Source: an uncultured delta proteobacterium | GTDB lineage: Bacteria > Desulfobacterota > Zymogenia > Zymogenales > Zymogenaceae | Direction of reading: 5' to 3' | DNA length: 64,000 nucleotides | Assembly (NCBI GenBank): GCA_963792965.1 | Contig: CAWBYW010000013.1 | Span: 128,001 to 192,000 of the forward strand | Shown: positions 1 to 10,870 of the stretch, in pieces | Layout: every line of letters starts with the position of its first letter | Position numbering within the stretch: the first letter of the stretch is position 1 | The notes under the pieces: model-generated | Databases searched by the model: none | The model's input: only the letters and a program-made list of their open reading frames with translations | Told to the model about the DNA's origin: nothing | Program-made: the position numbers and the translations under genes

Positions 1-1415
1 GAGCCGTTCAGGGCTGGGAAAACCCGGTCTGGTTAGCGGATGTACATGCCAAGACGATATACACCTACTACAAGGCGATGTTCGGCCCGGGAGAGGTAAA
101 GCTCCTCAGTCCGCTGCCGGGCAACCCCACCGGCTTTTTTTCCGACGAGAACAGGACATTCTACGGGCACCGGGCCTATCTCGGCTATCTGATGCCGCTG
201 GGTTCCGATAGTAATCTTGGTGTCTTTGTGACCCATAACTTCTGGATGACCGACGGCGATGGTGAAATAACGCACCTGTTTGCGAGCGGCGACTTCTATA
301 AACAGGACACCACGACCGAGGCGTTTACGAACAGGGAGAATCTCGACATTATTTACAACAAGGACCTGTCAAGTACGGTAGTCCTCGGGCTGGCCTTCAA
401 CTACTATAACGACTATTTCATCTACGATGCGACCTACAACACAACGTCTTTCTTGGGCGTCGGCCCGAGAGACCTCGACTTCACGGGGACAAAGGATAAG
501 AACTTCTTCGGGGCGACCGTGGGGCTGGGGTGGACCCCGACCGCTTCGTTCAACCTCGATGTCGCACTCGAAGCGGGCGGGTTTTCCGGCATAAGGAACT
601 ATGAAGAGACCCGGTTTAACTACGTCGGGACCGGCGAGACCGGTCATTTTAACAACGACGGCAACTATGACGGACTTCGACTTAAGCTTAAGACCGACGG
701 CCACTACCGCATTAACGATAACTGGCGAATCCCCTTCGGTGCTTCGTACACGTACGGTCACGAATGGGACGCGTACGAGGGCCTGGGGGTCTTTACTCCA
801 GCCGATGTCCCTTACTTCAGGGAGGATGACAGGGCGTTCCGCTACCACGAGGCAGAGGTGGACGCGGGAGTTGAGTATTTGCCGAGAGGAAACTGGGATA
901 TCATCGTGCCCTTACTGTTCGGGTATATTTATGATAACGACGACTATCCCGAAACCCTCATAACGGATTACAGGGCGCTTCCCGGAGGAACACTCTCTGA
1001 TCGGTTTACCGATGTAGAATTCAATAATCACACGTTAGGCGTGTCGACCGGGATCGTCTTCCCTCTCTGCAGAGACCTGAAGATGGAGACGTTGCTCAGG
1101 TATCGCTACACCTTCGTCAACACTACTGCTCAGGCGATCATCCATAGCAATGGAGTCCTGGTCAGCGACGCTACGATCACCAAACCGGGCCACACGCAGG
1201 CGCTGGACGGTATAATCGGCCTGGACTATTCGCGGACACTAAAGAATTCCAATGTCCTAAGCGTTGACCTTTTCGGCACGATCCCGATCCTCAACGAGGC
1301 CGACTACACCACTTCAGTTCCCGACAGCGACGACAGCTTCCCGCAAGGATCGGTCCGAGAGACCTCGTCCAACCGCGAGTACTCGATCTTCCTTGGGATA
1401 TCCTACAGCTTCTGA
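1..1415 (+). CDS. Outer-membrane beta-barrel protein, 5'-partial (frame open from the window edge)
   Basis: The frame of ORF 78..1415 is open back to position 3 (AVQGWENPVWLADV...). It has alternating aromatic/Gly strands and a C-terminal beta-signal (YSIFLGISYSF ending in Phe). Confidence 0.75.
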   Translation, partial: AVQGWENPVWLADVHAKTIYTYYKAMFGPGEVKLLSPLPGNPTGFFSDENRTFYGHRAYLGYLMPLGSDSNLGVFVTHNFWMTDGDGEITHLFASGDFYKQDTTTEAFTNRENLDIIYNKDLSSTVVLGLAFNYYNDYFIYDATYNTTSFLGVGPRDLDFTGTKDKNFFGATVGLGWTPTASFNLDVALEAGGFSGIRNYEETRFNYVGTGETGHFNNDGNYDGLRLKLKTDGHYRINDNWRIPFGASYTYGHEWDAYEGLGVFTPADVPYFREDDRAFRYHEAEVDAGVEYLPRGNWDIIVPLLFGYIYDNDDYPETLITDYRALPGGTLSDRFTDVEFNNHTLGVSTGIVFPLCRDLKMETLLRYRYTFVNTTAQAIIHSNGVLVSDATITKPGHTQALDGIIGLDYSRTLKNSNVLSVDLFGTIPILNEADYTTSVPDSDDSFPQGSVRETSSNREYSIFLGISYSF

Positions 1416-1500
1416 TAGGGCCGGGAAAGGGGTAACGGCCAGGCCGTATCCCTGAGGCGTGAACGAACATGACAGCTGGAAGATAGATACCATGAGATTT

Positions 1501-1546
1501 CCCCGCGCCGGTAAGCGCCCGGCGCGGGGGGATTCTTCACCTTTTT
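1501..1546 (+). terminator. Probable intrinsic terminator
   Basis: CCCCGCGCCGG/CCGGCGCGGGG stem followed by a T-rich tract, downstream of the barrel gene. Confidence 0.55.
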
Positions 1547-1669
1547 GATGAGAGATTCATACCGTCATTCCGCCTTGGTCCGAGCGGGGAATCATATCAA
1601 TTATTTTTATTCTTTTTCCTCCGTACCCGAATATATAGCGGGCCGACGAGCCCGAAAACACCACGATCG

Positions 1670-2515
1670 ATGAGGGGAGACATGTCAGCGTCGAATAGAA
1701 GCAGTGAATTCAAGAATAGGGACAATTCGTGCCGGGTCGTTGATTCCGGCGCCGATGAGGGCGTCACGGTGCTGACGCTCACACGCGAGCGGCCTGACTT
1801 CCTGGAGCGCGCCATCCGATCGGTCAGCCGACAGCGCTGCGAGGTACCCGTGCGCCATCTCGTCTTGGTGGACGACTGCCTCAGGACGAAGGAGTCGCTG
1901 GCGCGCCAACGAGAGCTCCCGCCTCACGTGACGTGGGAATACATACCGCGCCCGGAGGGGACGGTCTCCGGGCAGGGACGGGCGGCGTTTTTGCGCAACC
2001 TTGGCGTCAGGATGGTAGGGTCGAAGTGGGTGGCCTTCCTTGACGACGACAACGAGTTCGAGCGCGATCACCTCCAACACCTCATGGCGTGCATGCGGGA
2101 GTCGGGCTGCCGAGCGGTCCACTCGTGGCTCAAGATCTATTACCGCGACGGCCGGCCGTTCGTGGAGGAGCGGGACCCCTGGACGCAGGATCCCGTGGAA
2201 AGCAGGGATGTGTTCAAACGGATGGTAGAAAAGGGGGTGCGGATACCCGGTTCAAACATCTATATGAACGACATCGACACCATCGACAATGTCGATCCGT
2301 CCATCTTCGTGGATACCAACGAGTGGTTGCTGGACCGGGGGCTGCTCCTTGAGGTCCCGTTTCCCGAGCACTATTCGGAGCACGATCTCACGCGGATGAT
2401 CACTGAGGACCACAAGTTCTTCTCCGAGCTGGTGAGCAACAGGATCTGCATCTCCTGCTCGCGGCAGCCGACGGTAAGGTATTACCTCGGGGGTTATTCA
2501 AATCGGATTGAATGA
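1670..2515 (+). CDS. Glycosyltransferase family 2 (GT-A fold)
   Basis: VTVLTLT..R..FLERAIRSV..Q, VLVDD, RNLG and FLDDDN motifs. The start may be 1682. Confidence 0.8.
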   Translation: MRGDMSASNRSSEFKNRDNSCRVVDSGADEGVTVLTLTRERPDFLERAIRSVSRQRCEVPVRHLVLVDDCLRTKESLARQRELPPHVTWEYIPRPEGTVSGQGRAAFLRNLGVRMVGSKWVAFLDDDNEFERDHLQHLMACMRESGCRAVHSWLKIYYRDGRPFVEERDPWTQDPVESRDVFKRMVEKGVRIPGSNIYMNDIDTIDNVDPSIFVDTNEWLLDRGLLLEVPFPEHYSEHDLTRMITEDHKFFSELVSNRICISCSRQPTVRYYLGGYSNRIE

Positions 2516-2583
2516 GACGCGCCCGGGCTACCTTAATTCGTGGGTTGTGGGGGGAAGCAAGGCCGCTCGGCCGTCGGCGGTCG

Positions 2584-4719
2584 TCATGGTTTCTTGGCGA
2601 TCATGTGACCGTAGAATTTCTTTACGTATTGTTTCACCATTCGGCGGGAGGTGAAACGCGGACAGTTGCTTTTTATTGATTCTTTCATTATCCTGACCCA
2701 GCCGTGGGGGACGCCGTCTTCCGACACGTCATAATAGAGCGGGACAATTTCCTGTTCGAGGATGCTATAAAGTGCCTTTGCGTCGGCCGCGTCTCTGTCG
2801 TCATGGCCATTGGGCGAGTCGATGGCCCATCCGTTCCTTCCCGTATACCCCTCCGCCCACCAGCCATCCAGGATACTTAAATGAGGGACGCCGTTCACCG
2901 CGGCCTTCATCCCACTGGTCCCGCAGGCTTCCATGGGAGGTATGGGATTATTCAACCATACGTCTACCCCATGCGTCATATACTGCGCAAATCTCGCTCC
3001 ATAATCCTCGATGAAGGCAACTCGTCCCCCAAAGCTCGAATCGCACGCGCTGGCATAGACCCTTTGCAGGATACGTTTTCCGTCGTCATCCAACGGGTGT
3101 GCCTTTCCCGCAAAGATTATTTGTATGGGCCTCCATCGGTTATTCAGGAGCGCTCTTATCCTCTCCAGATCGTGGAGGATAAGATCACCGCGTTTATACG
3201 TGGCAAAGCGTCGCGCAAATCCGATCGTAAACACCGTTGGATCAAGCAGGGTTCCTCCCGCCAAGACCTGGCACGGGTTGACGTGTTCGTCCGCCCAGTG
3301 CCGTCGCGCGCTCTCCCTGATGATGTTGATTAATTTCATCTTAAGCGAAGAGTGGAGATTCCACAGCTCCTCATCGGGAATATCATCAATGAGCCCTATA
3401 AGATCGGGATTATCGTGATCTGACACCCAATCTTTGCCGAGATACTTTCCAAACAAGAGCTCCATTTTCGGCTCTATCCAGGTGGGGATATGGACGCCGT
3501 TGGTAACGTGATCGATGGGCACCCTTTCTTCCGGGATCTCGGGCCACAGGCTGTGCCACATGCTCCGGGCTACTTCGCCATGCCGTTTACTCACCGCGTT
3601 GTGATATCCGGAGAGCCTGAAGGCCAGCGCCGTCATATTGAAGCCTGAATCCGGATGCTCGGGATTGGTCCCCATTTTGAGAAACGTGTCCCAGTCCAGT
3701 CCGAGGTCCGGAACGTAGTCACGGAGGTATTTTTTTACGAGATCAAAGGAAAACACATCATGGCCCGCCGAAACGGGGGTATGTGTCGTAAAGAGTGATG
3801 TCTTCCTAACCTCGTCGGAGGCTTCCTCGAAGCTACGTCCCTCTAAGACGCCTTCCCTGATCCTTTCCAGAAGCGAGAAGGCGGCGTGCCCCTCGTTTAG
3901 ATGGAGTACGCGGGGCTTGATTCCCAGGCTTGAAAGAACATGATAGCCGCCGATGCCCAGGACGATCTCCTGGCGGAGCCTCTGCTCGCTATCTGCGACG
4001 TAGAGATGCTCGGAGATCGTCCGATTTTCCGGCTCATTTTCTTCGATATCCGTATCCATGAGGAACAGGGGAATCCGGCCGACATCCAGCCGGCATACGG
4101 CGACGTACATCGGTGGCTCGATGCAAGGCAACTGAATGATTACCTGCTTTCCGTCCCGGCCTACTACCCTGAAGTTCATCGCCTCGTCGCAATCCAGTAT
4201 TTGGTCCAGGTTTTGTTGCCACCCGTCCTCTCTGATCATCTGCCGAAAGTACCCCTTGGGATACATGAAGCCGATCGCGACCAGGGGAAGGTTCAGGTCG
4301 CTCGATTCCTTGAGGTAGTCTCCGGCCAGGAACCCGAGCCCGCCGGCATATGAGGACATGAAGTGGTGCAGGCCGTACTCTGCGGAAAAAAAGGCGATCG
4401 TACCGACATGAGAATCGATAAGAGATTGATCGATCGGCGGGCGATCTTGGGCGAGATATGCCCTGAAACGAGAGAGCACACTGTCATACTGTTTGAGATA
4501 ATGGGGATCGGCGGCCGCAGACTCCAACGCCCAGACGGGAGTTTCGGTGAGCATCTTCACCGGATCGTGGGCGCTCTCCTCCCAGACCCGCTGATCGATT
4601 GTCCTGAAAAGCATGCGCGCTTCGGGATGCCAGCTCCACCACAGATTTGTCGCCAATTCTTCCAGGCCGACCAGGCGTTCCGGAAGATTGAGGAAGATTT
4701 TCGGTGTCACCCGTGCCAT
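2584..4719 (-). CDS. glgP: Alpha-glucan (glycogen) phosphorylase
   Basis: NLWWSW, YAGGLG.LAGD, HLNEGH, FARRFATYKR and the PLP motif EACGTSGMK. Confidence 0.95.
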   Translation of the reverse strand: MARVTPKIFLNLPERLVGLEELATNLWWSWHPEARMLFRTIDQRVWEESAHDPVKMLTETPVWALESAAADPHYLKQYDSVLSRFRAYLAQDRPPIDQSLIDSHVGTIAFFSAEYGLHHFMSSYAGGLGFLAGDYLKESSDLNLPLVAIGFMYPKGYFRQMIREDGWQQNLDQILDCDEAMNFRVVGRDGKQVIIQLPCIEPPMYVAVCRLDVGRIPLFLMDTDIEENEPENRTISEHLYVADSEQRLRQEIVLGIGGYHVLSSLGIKPRVLHLNEGHAAFSLLERIREGVLEGRSFEEASDEVRKTSLFTTHTPVSAGHDVFSFDLVKKYLRDYVPDLGLDWDTFLKMGTNPEHPDSGFNMTALAFRLSGYHNAVSKRHGEVARSMWHSLWPEIPEERVPIDHVTNGVHIPTWIEPKMELLFGKYLGKDWVSDHDNPDLIGLIDDIPDEELWNLHSSLKMKLINIIRESARRHWADEHVNPCQVLAGGTLLDPTVFTIGFARRFATYKRGDLILHDLERIRALLNNRWRPIQIIFAGKAHPLDDDGKRILQRVYASACDSSFGGRVAFIEDYGARFAQYMTHGVDVWLNNPIPPMEACGTSGMKAAVNGVPHLSILDGWWAEGYTGRNGWAIDSPNGHDDRDAADAKALYSILEQEIVPLYYDVSEDGVPHGWVRIMKESIKSNCPRFTSRRMVKQYVKKFYGHMIAKKP

Positions 4720-4920
4720 GGGTCGTCCTTAATTAAGAAAACTTTCCGGCCAGTATAATAGGAGACCCATCCATTGTCAACAAAACAGGAACAGAGAGAT
4801 ATTGGAAATAAGGATGACGGGCTTGCTTTGGGGCATATGACATGGTAAAATATTATCTATTACTTTCTCAGTTCTGACTGTGCCGTACGTTTCTCTCAGT
4901 AGAAGGATGGGATACTACTC

Positions 4921-7187
4921 ATGTATACATTTTTCGTTCAGCTCATAGATCTCTTTCGCTACGGGAATCTTCACTATTTCGTCCTATTCTTCCTGTGGGT
5001 ATGGTTTGTCTGGTTCATGAGGGCGGTCCCTTCCGTCAGGTACCGTCCCGTCACCAAGCCGCACGACGAATCGGTCACGGTCCTTATACCGGTATGCGAC
5101 GAACCCGAGGAACTCTTCGATGAGGTCATCGGTCGCATCGTTCGTCAGTCCCCTTTGCAGGTTATCGTTATAATCAACGGCCCCCGGAATATCAAACTCG
5201 AGAACGTCTGCAAGAAATACCCTCTCGTGTCGGTCATCTGGACGACGGAAGCGGGAAAAAGAAATGCGCTGAAGCTCGGCCTCGAAAAAGCCGAAGGCGA
5301 TATCTGCTTTCTGGTGGACAGCGACACACTCTGGGAAAAACATGTGCTTACCGAGCTCGTCAAGCCGTTTGCAGATCCGAAGGTCGGGGGAGTAACCACC
5401 CGTCAGCGAATTGATCGGCCGGGACGCTCGCTCATCACCGCCATCGCCGACTGGCTCGAGGATGTTCGGGGGGCGCTCTCGATGCGATCGATGTCGGTAT
5501 TCGGCACGGTCGGCTGCCTCCCCGGCAGGACGATCGCCTTTAGAACCGAGATACTCAGGAAGGCGGTTCCGCTGTTCCTCGATGAGAAGTTCCTTGGGGT
5601 TCACCTTGAGATCAGCGACGATCGGGCCCTGACCAACTATACGCTTCGCTTCGGCTATAAGACCGTCTACCAATCAACGGCACTGGTATATACGGACGCG
5701 CCGACAAGATGGTCTCGCTATCTTCGGCAGCAGAAGAGATGGTCGGAAGGCTCACAGTATAATACGCTGAAGATGATGCCCTGGATGATCAGGAACACGA
5801 AGTACCTCGCGTTCCTCTATTTTAGCGAGATTATTACTCCTTTCTTCCTCATCGGCGTTTTAGTCAACGCCTTCCATCGGATCTTCACGGGCGCCGAGTA
5901 TTCCTCGATTTACAACAACCCCTGGTTTCAATTATTCGACCTCCAGATCATGCTCATCTTTCTGGGGGCGATCACGAGCATCGGCATCAGGCAGTACAAA
6001 CACCTGAAGGAAAAACCGACGGACATCTTAATCCTCCCTATCTTCATAGCGATCCTGACGTTTCTCCTCACGCCGGTCCGGATCTGGGGTTTTTTTGTCA
6101 TGGCGCTCAAAGATACGTGGGGAACGCGATCCGGCGAATGCTCGGTGAAAGAGGAGGCAAAGAGCTCGTTCAATCCCTGGGGACTCATCCCGTTCCTGCT
6201 CGGCGGCCTGTTCCTGGTAGGATTTATCGGCCTGGGACCTGTTGTGGAAGGGAGGGCGATATACTACCGGGAGATGCCGCGGTTTGAATCCAGCCGTCTC
6301 CTCTCGGAGTCTATACGTTTACTAAGCCGATCGAGGAGCGCGAGCGTGAGGTGGGGGTCAGATTTAACCATGTTCTTCTGTATCAGGACATCAGAAGCAT
6401 AAACTATAACGTCGTCAGGAGCTACCTGGATAAGGGATACGATGTCATACTGAACGTGACCTTCTTTGACGATCACGCCAACCTAAAAGACATCCGTGAC
6501 GGTGCCTACGACAAGTATCTCGTTGACCTTGCCGAAGAAATAAAAAAGGACGGCAGGCCGATATGGCTCAGGACCCTCCACGAGTTTAACGGGCACTGGT
6601 ATAATTGGGCAGTCCTCTATCGGGGGAATTCGAGAGAGGATTTCATTCCCGCATGGAGGCATATTGTAACGATATTCAGGGAAAGACAGGCCCCGGTGAA
6701 GGTGCAGATAAACTATAACCGGCTCAACGGATACGATAAAATAAGAAAAGTGAACGACACGACGCCCTTTATCGATCTTTATCCGGGAGACGACTGGGTC
6801 GATATGGTGGTGATCACGACGTATAATCGGGCCTATACCGATCCCTATCATCAGTATTGGAGGGATTTCAACGACGAGTTTGAGAACGCATATGACCAGG
6901 TCCTGGCGATGACGGACAGGCCTGTGGGGATCGCAGAAATGGGCACGACGAGCTACGGGGGCGATAAGCCCACCTGGATCGTCGATGCTTTTATTTACAT
7001 AAAACACAAGTATACGAAGATCTCTCAGGTGACGTGGTTTCTCTACAACAGGCCGGAACAGGGAGTCGTCTGGGATTGGGACTTGAACAGCGAAAAGGAC
7101 GTCGAGGCGTTCAGAGAAGGGATATTGATACTGGAAAAGAGACACCATCCCTCTCTCACGGGGGATATCCGCGGGCATGATCGATGA
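4921..7187 (+). CDS. Processive membrane GT2 (hyaluronan synthase/NodC-like) fused to a C-terminal GH26 domain; 1-bp frameshift near 6300 joins ORFs 4921..6402 and 6351..7187
   Basis: GT2 motifs DSD, GCLPGR, SDDR and QQKRW plus TM helices. Restoring one base in cgtctc[t]ctctcgga gives RFESSRLSLGVY, matching the SLGVY start of the three downstream GH26 paralogues. GH26 motifs RTLHEFNG and PVGIAEMG are present. Confidence 0.75.
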
Positions 7188-7318
7188 GAGTACCTTCGGG
7201 CATTCCTCGGCCGTCCGGGAGGGGTCGGGAGGGGTTCGGAGTACCTGTTAAGGCGGACGCTCCTCGTGGTGCAGAAGGGTCAATTGTGTTGTTGAAGCAT
7301 ATTCGATGGGGGGCTTAG

Positions 7319-8293
7319 ATGGCAAGAATTAGATACGATCTTTTTTTTGCGACCTTGATCATGCTCATGACGTTATTGACGTTATACGCAAATGCCGGAG
7401 AGACGCAGGAGAAGAGATCTCTCTCGCGGTTCTCATCAAAGACCATCTCCCTTGGAGTGTACCCCGGCCAGTCTTCTCTCTCCGATATTGAGAACCTGGT
7501 CGACAAGCGCTTCAACCATGTCCTCGTTTTCGAGGAGGTCAAGGATCTCCAATACTATAAGGTACAAAAGTATCTCGATCACGGATATGACGTGATTTTG
7601 TGCATAACCTTCACGGCTGATCATGCGAACCTGAAAGAGATCAGAGATGGAAAATACGACAAGTATCTGAGGACCCTTGCCGACAAGATCGTCAAAGACG
7701 GGAGGATCGTATGGCTGCGCCCGCTCCACGAATTCAACGGGAATTGGGATAACTGGGACGTCTTGTTTCCGGGGAACAAGAAGGAGGATTTTATCCCGGC
7801 GTGGAAGCGCGTCGTTTCCATCTTCAGGGAAAAGAAGGCGCCGGTCAAGTTTCAGCTCAACTATAACAGGATCAATGGGCTCAATAGCTCGCTCGGGCAA
7901 ACGGACACAATGCCGTTCTCAGAGCTCTATCCGGGGGACGACTGGGTCGATATGGTGGTGGTCAGCTGCTATAACCGATCTGGCTCCGATATTTATCATA
8001 CGACCTGGATGACCTTCGAGGAACAGTTCAATGATCCTTATAAGCAGGTGATCGCCTTGACAAAAAAGCCGATCGGAGTCGCCGAGATCGGCTCCACCAG
8101 CTACGGGGGCGATAAGCCGCAATGGATTATCGACGCTTTTACCTCGTTCAAGACGAAGTTTGGCAGGGTGCAGATGATCACGTGGTTTCTTTACAACAGG
8201 AAGTTCGGCGACAAGATCCTCGATTGGGCCCTCAACACGCCGGCCGACGTGCAGGCCTTCAAGACCGGGATGTCTATTCTGAGCGACAAATGA
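7319..8293 (+). CDS. GH26 glycoside hydrolase, exported
   Basis: Signal-like N-terminus, RPLHEFNGNW, YPGDDWVD, PIGVAEIG. Confidence 0.85.
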   Translation: MARIRYDLFFATLIMLMTLLTLYANAGETQEKRSLSRFSSKTISLGVYPGQSSLSDIENLVDKRFNHVLVFEEVKDLQYYKVQKYLDHGYDVILCITFTADHANLKEIRDGKYDKYLRTLADKIVKDGRIVWLRPLHEFNGNWDNWDVLFPGNKKEDFIPAWKRVVSIFREKKAPVKFQLNYNRINGLNSSLGQTDTMPFSELYPGDDWVDMVVVSCYNRSGSDIYHTTWMTFEEQFNDPYKQVIALTKKPIGVAEIGSTSYGGDKPQWIIDAFTSFKTKFGRVQMITWFLYNRKFGDKILDWALNTPADVQAFKTGMSILSDK

Positions 8294-9300
8294 CGACTTT
8301 AAAGCGCTCCGCATATCCGGCGGTCATATGGGCCGCGATCACCGGCCTTCTCCTCGCCGTCTCTTCGTGCCATACTCTTAACCAGTCGTCCCTGGTGAGA
8401 ATCGGGGATTTTTCCGGTCTTCCCACCTTCCAGGCCGATGACATCTCGCTGGGGGTCTATCCCGGAAGATACTCGGTCCAGGAGTATGAAAGAAGGCTGG
8501 GCGTCAGATTCAACCATGTCCTTCTCTTCCAGAATATCAGGGAGGTGAAGTACAAGAACGTCAGAAAATACCTCGATACCGGGCACGACGTGATACTGAC
8601 GATCACATTTCCCGAGGACCACCCCAACCTGAGAAAGATTCGCGACGGTGCTTACGACAGCTATCTCATCGCCCTCGCCGATGAAACCGTACGGGACAAA
8701 AGGCAGATTTGGCTGCGCCCACTCCATGAGTTCAACGGCAACTGGGACAACTGGGATATGTTCTATAAAGGGAACAACCCCGCCGATTTCCTGCCGGCGT
8801 GGAAACATATCGTCACCATATTTCGAGAGAGAAACGCCCCGGTGAAATTTCAGCTGAATTTCAGCCGGGTCAACGTCGCGTGGCCGATAAACAGGACACC
8901 GTTTAAAGAGTTCTACCCCGGGGACGAGTGGGTCGATATGGCGGCAATCAGTTGCTACAATAGGGGAGGAACCGATAAGTACCATAAGTTCTGGGTTACC
9001 TTCGAAGACTATTTTGATTATCCGTATAACCAGTCACTGATGATGACCGATAAGCCGATCGGCGTGGCGGAGATCGGTACCACTAACTACGGGGGCAATA
9101 AGCCGCAATGGATCATCGACGCCTTCACCTCACTTGGGACGAAATTTACGAGGGTGACAATGGTCACTTGGTTTCTTTATAACAGACCCCTTAATAACGC
9201 GGTCTTTAACTGGGACTTGAATACCGATGAGGATTTTGCCGCGTTCAAGAAGGGAATGGAGATACTCAAAGAGAAAAGATCTGACTCCGCGAATAAATGA
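8290..9300 (+). CDS. GH26 glycoside hydrolase, putative lipoprotein
   Basis: ATG at 8290 overlaps the upstream stop (ATGA). Lipobox-like LLLAVSSC, RPLHEFNGNW, PIGVAEIG. Confidence 0.85.
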   Translation: MTTLKRSAYPAVIWAAITGLLLAVSSCHTLNQSSLVRIGDFSGLPTFQADDISLGVYPGRYSVQEYERRLGVRFNHVLLFQNIREVKYKNVRKYLDTGHDVILTITFPEDHPNLRKIRDGAYDSYLIALADETVRDKRQIWLRPLHEFNGNWDNWDMFYKGNNPADFLPAWKHIVTIFRERNAPVKFQLNFSRVNVAWPINRTPFKEFYPGDEWVDMAAISCYNRGGTDKYHKFWVTFEDYFDYPYNQSLMMTDKPIGVAEIGTTNYGGNKPQWIIDAFTSLGTKFTRVTMVTWFLYNRPLNNAVFNWDLNTDEDFAAFKKGMEILKEKRSDSANK

Positions 9301-9348
9301 ACTAATATTCAGGCATCATAGATGATCACGGGAGGAAGATAAAAGACC

Positions 9349-10458
9349 ATGAACACACATATCACGAGTAAATGGGGAGGAAGACCTGACACTGAAGACG
9401 GATTCGCGGTGGGATCGGGCGTATTGGAGGGGGCGCTGAGCCGGATCGAGACCATAACACGCCGCATGCGGCGTACCGTCGGGTTGATTCGAGGGAGTGT
9501 GATTCTTATGGCGCTGACGATCATTTTCGTATCGCCCTTGGCGGCCTTTGCGCATGAGCTTGATCAGATACCGCTCGGGAGCAAACGGATGACCACGTTC
9601 AATCCGTCCGTTTTCTCCTTAGGGGTCTACCCGGGGGGCTGTTCCATCGAGGAATACGAGCACAAGCTGGACGTGAGGTTTAACCATATCCTCATGTTCC
9701 AGAACATCAATCATATCAACTACGCCAAGGTTCAGGAACAGCTTGACAAGGGGTATACCGTTGTCCTCACCTTAACCTTTCGCGAAAGCTATGCGAACCT
9801 GAAGGACGTCAGGGACGGAGCCTATGACGGCAAGCTCGAGGATCTGATAGATAAGATCAAGGCTGACGGGAGGGAGATCTGGATCCGTCCACTCCACGAA
9901 TTCAACGGGGACTGGGACAGCTGGGATGTATTCTACAGGGGTAACAGCACGGAGGATTTCATCCCGGCATGGAAGCACGTTGTTACCCTCTTTCGGGAGA
10001 AAAACGCCCCGGTGAAGTTCGAGATCGACTATAATCGCATCAACGCAAAAGAGATCAGTACGCCTTTTTCGGAGTTCTATCCAGGCGACGAGTGGGTGGA
10101 TATGGTGGTGATCAGCTGCTATAACCGCGCGTTTACCGACAGAGCCCATAACTCCTGGAGATCTTTCAGGGATCAGTTCAGGGAAGCCTATGATCAGGTT
10201 ACGGGCATGACTCAAAAACCCGTTGGGATCGCGGAGCTGGGCTCGGTGAGCAACGGCGGGGACAAGCCGCAGTGGATCATAGACGCGTTTATGTCGATCT
10301 ATTCCGAATTTACGAGGGTACGGGAGATCAGCTGGTTCTTTAATAACAAGAAGTTCAGCGACAGAGTCTGCGATTGGGACCTGAATACCCCCGAGGAGAT
10401 AGCCGCCTTCAAGCAGGCGGTCTCGATTCTCCTGAAAGGGCAAGAGCGACCAAAATAG
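9349..10458 (+). CDS. GH26 glycoside hydrolase, exported
   Basis: Hydrophobic segment ending AAFA, SLGVYPG, RPLHEFNGDW, PVGIAELG. The start is uncertain. Confidence 0.85.
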   Translation: MNTHITSKWGGRPDTEDGFAVGSGVLEGALSRIETITRRMRRTVGLIRGSVILMALTIIFVSPLAAFAHELDQIPLGSKRMTTFNPSVFSLGVYPGGCSIEEYEHKLDVRFNHILMFQNINHINYAKVQEQLDKGYTVVLTLTFRESYANLKDVRDGAYDGKLEDLIDKIKADGREIWIRPLHEFNGDWDSWDVFYRGNSTEDFIPAWKHVVTLFREKNAPVKFEIDYNRINAKEISTPFSEFYPGDEWVDMVVISCYNRAFTDRAHNSWRSFRDQFREAYDQVTGMTQKPVGIAELGSVSNGGDKPQWIIDAFMSIYSEFTRVREISWFFNNKKFSDRVCDWDLNTPEEIAAFKQAVSILLKGQERPK

Positions 10459-10870
10459 GGCAGGGAGGAGGCGACGTCGTCGGGAAGGGATTTCGTGTTC
10501 GGCCGGACGTTTTAGGTCTCGGGACTGTCCAAAGTAACGAGATTACCCGCAGAGAGGGCGGGGGAGTATTTTCTGGTCGGCCTAGGGTGGCGAATTGATC
10601 TTTTCGGGACTTGAAACCCGAAACGTCTGTATCCCGCTTTCCTCAGTCTGTTATCGTTTGGCCTGCCGTGGATGGCCTTCCGGGTATTACCTTACTCTCT
10701 TTCCCGAGTTTATTTTACCTCAAATCCTCACTTATAACTCGAACTTGCTCTCGGGGGGGCGGTCAGTGATCGTATCCGGTGAACGATTTTTTATTGTACG
10801 TTGTTTAAAATCCTGATAAATTGCCTATTTCATACTTTAATCCATCGGCCGTCATCGGACCGGACGTGAC

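Noticed and set aside
7190-7250. GC-rich intergenic segment with repeated CGGGAGGGG as a riboswitch or ncRNA
   Set aside because: It is short and imperfect, with no recognisable family consensus.
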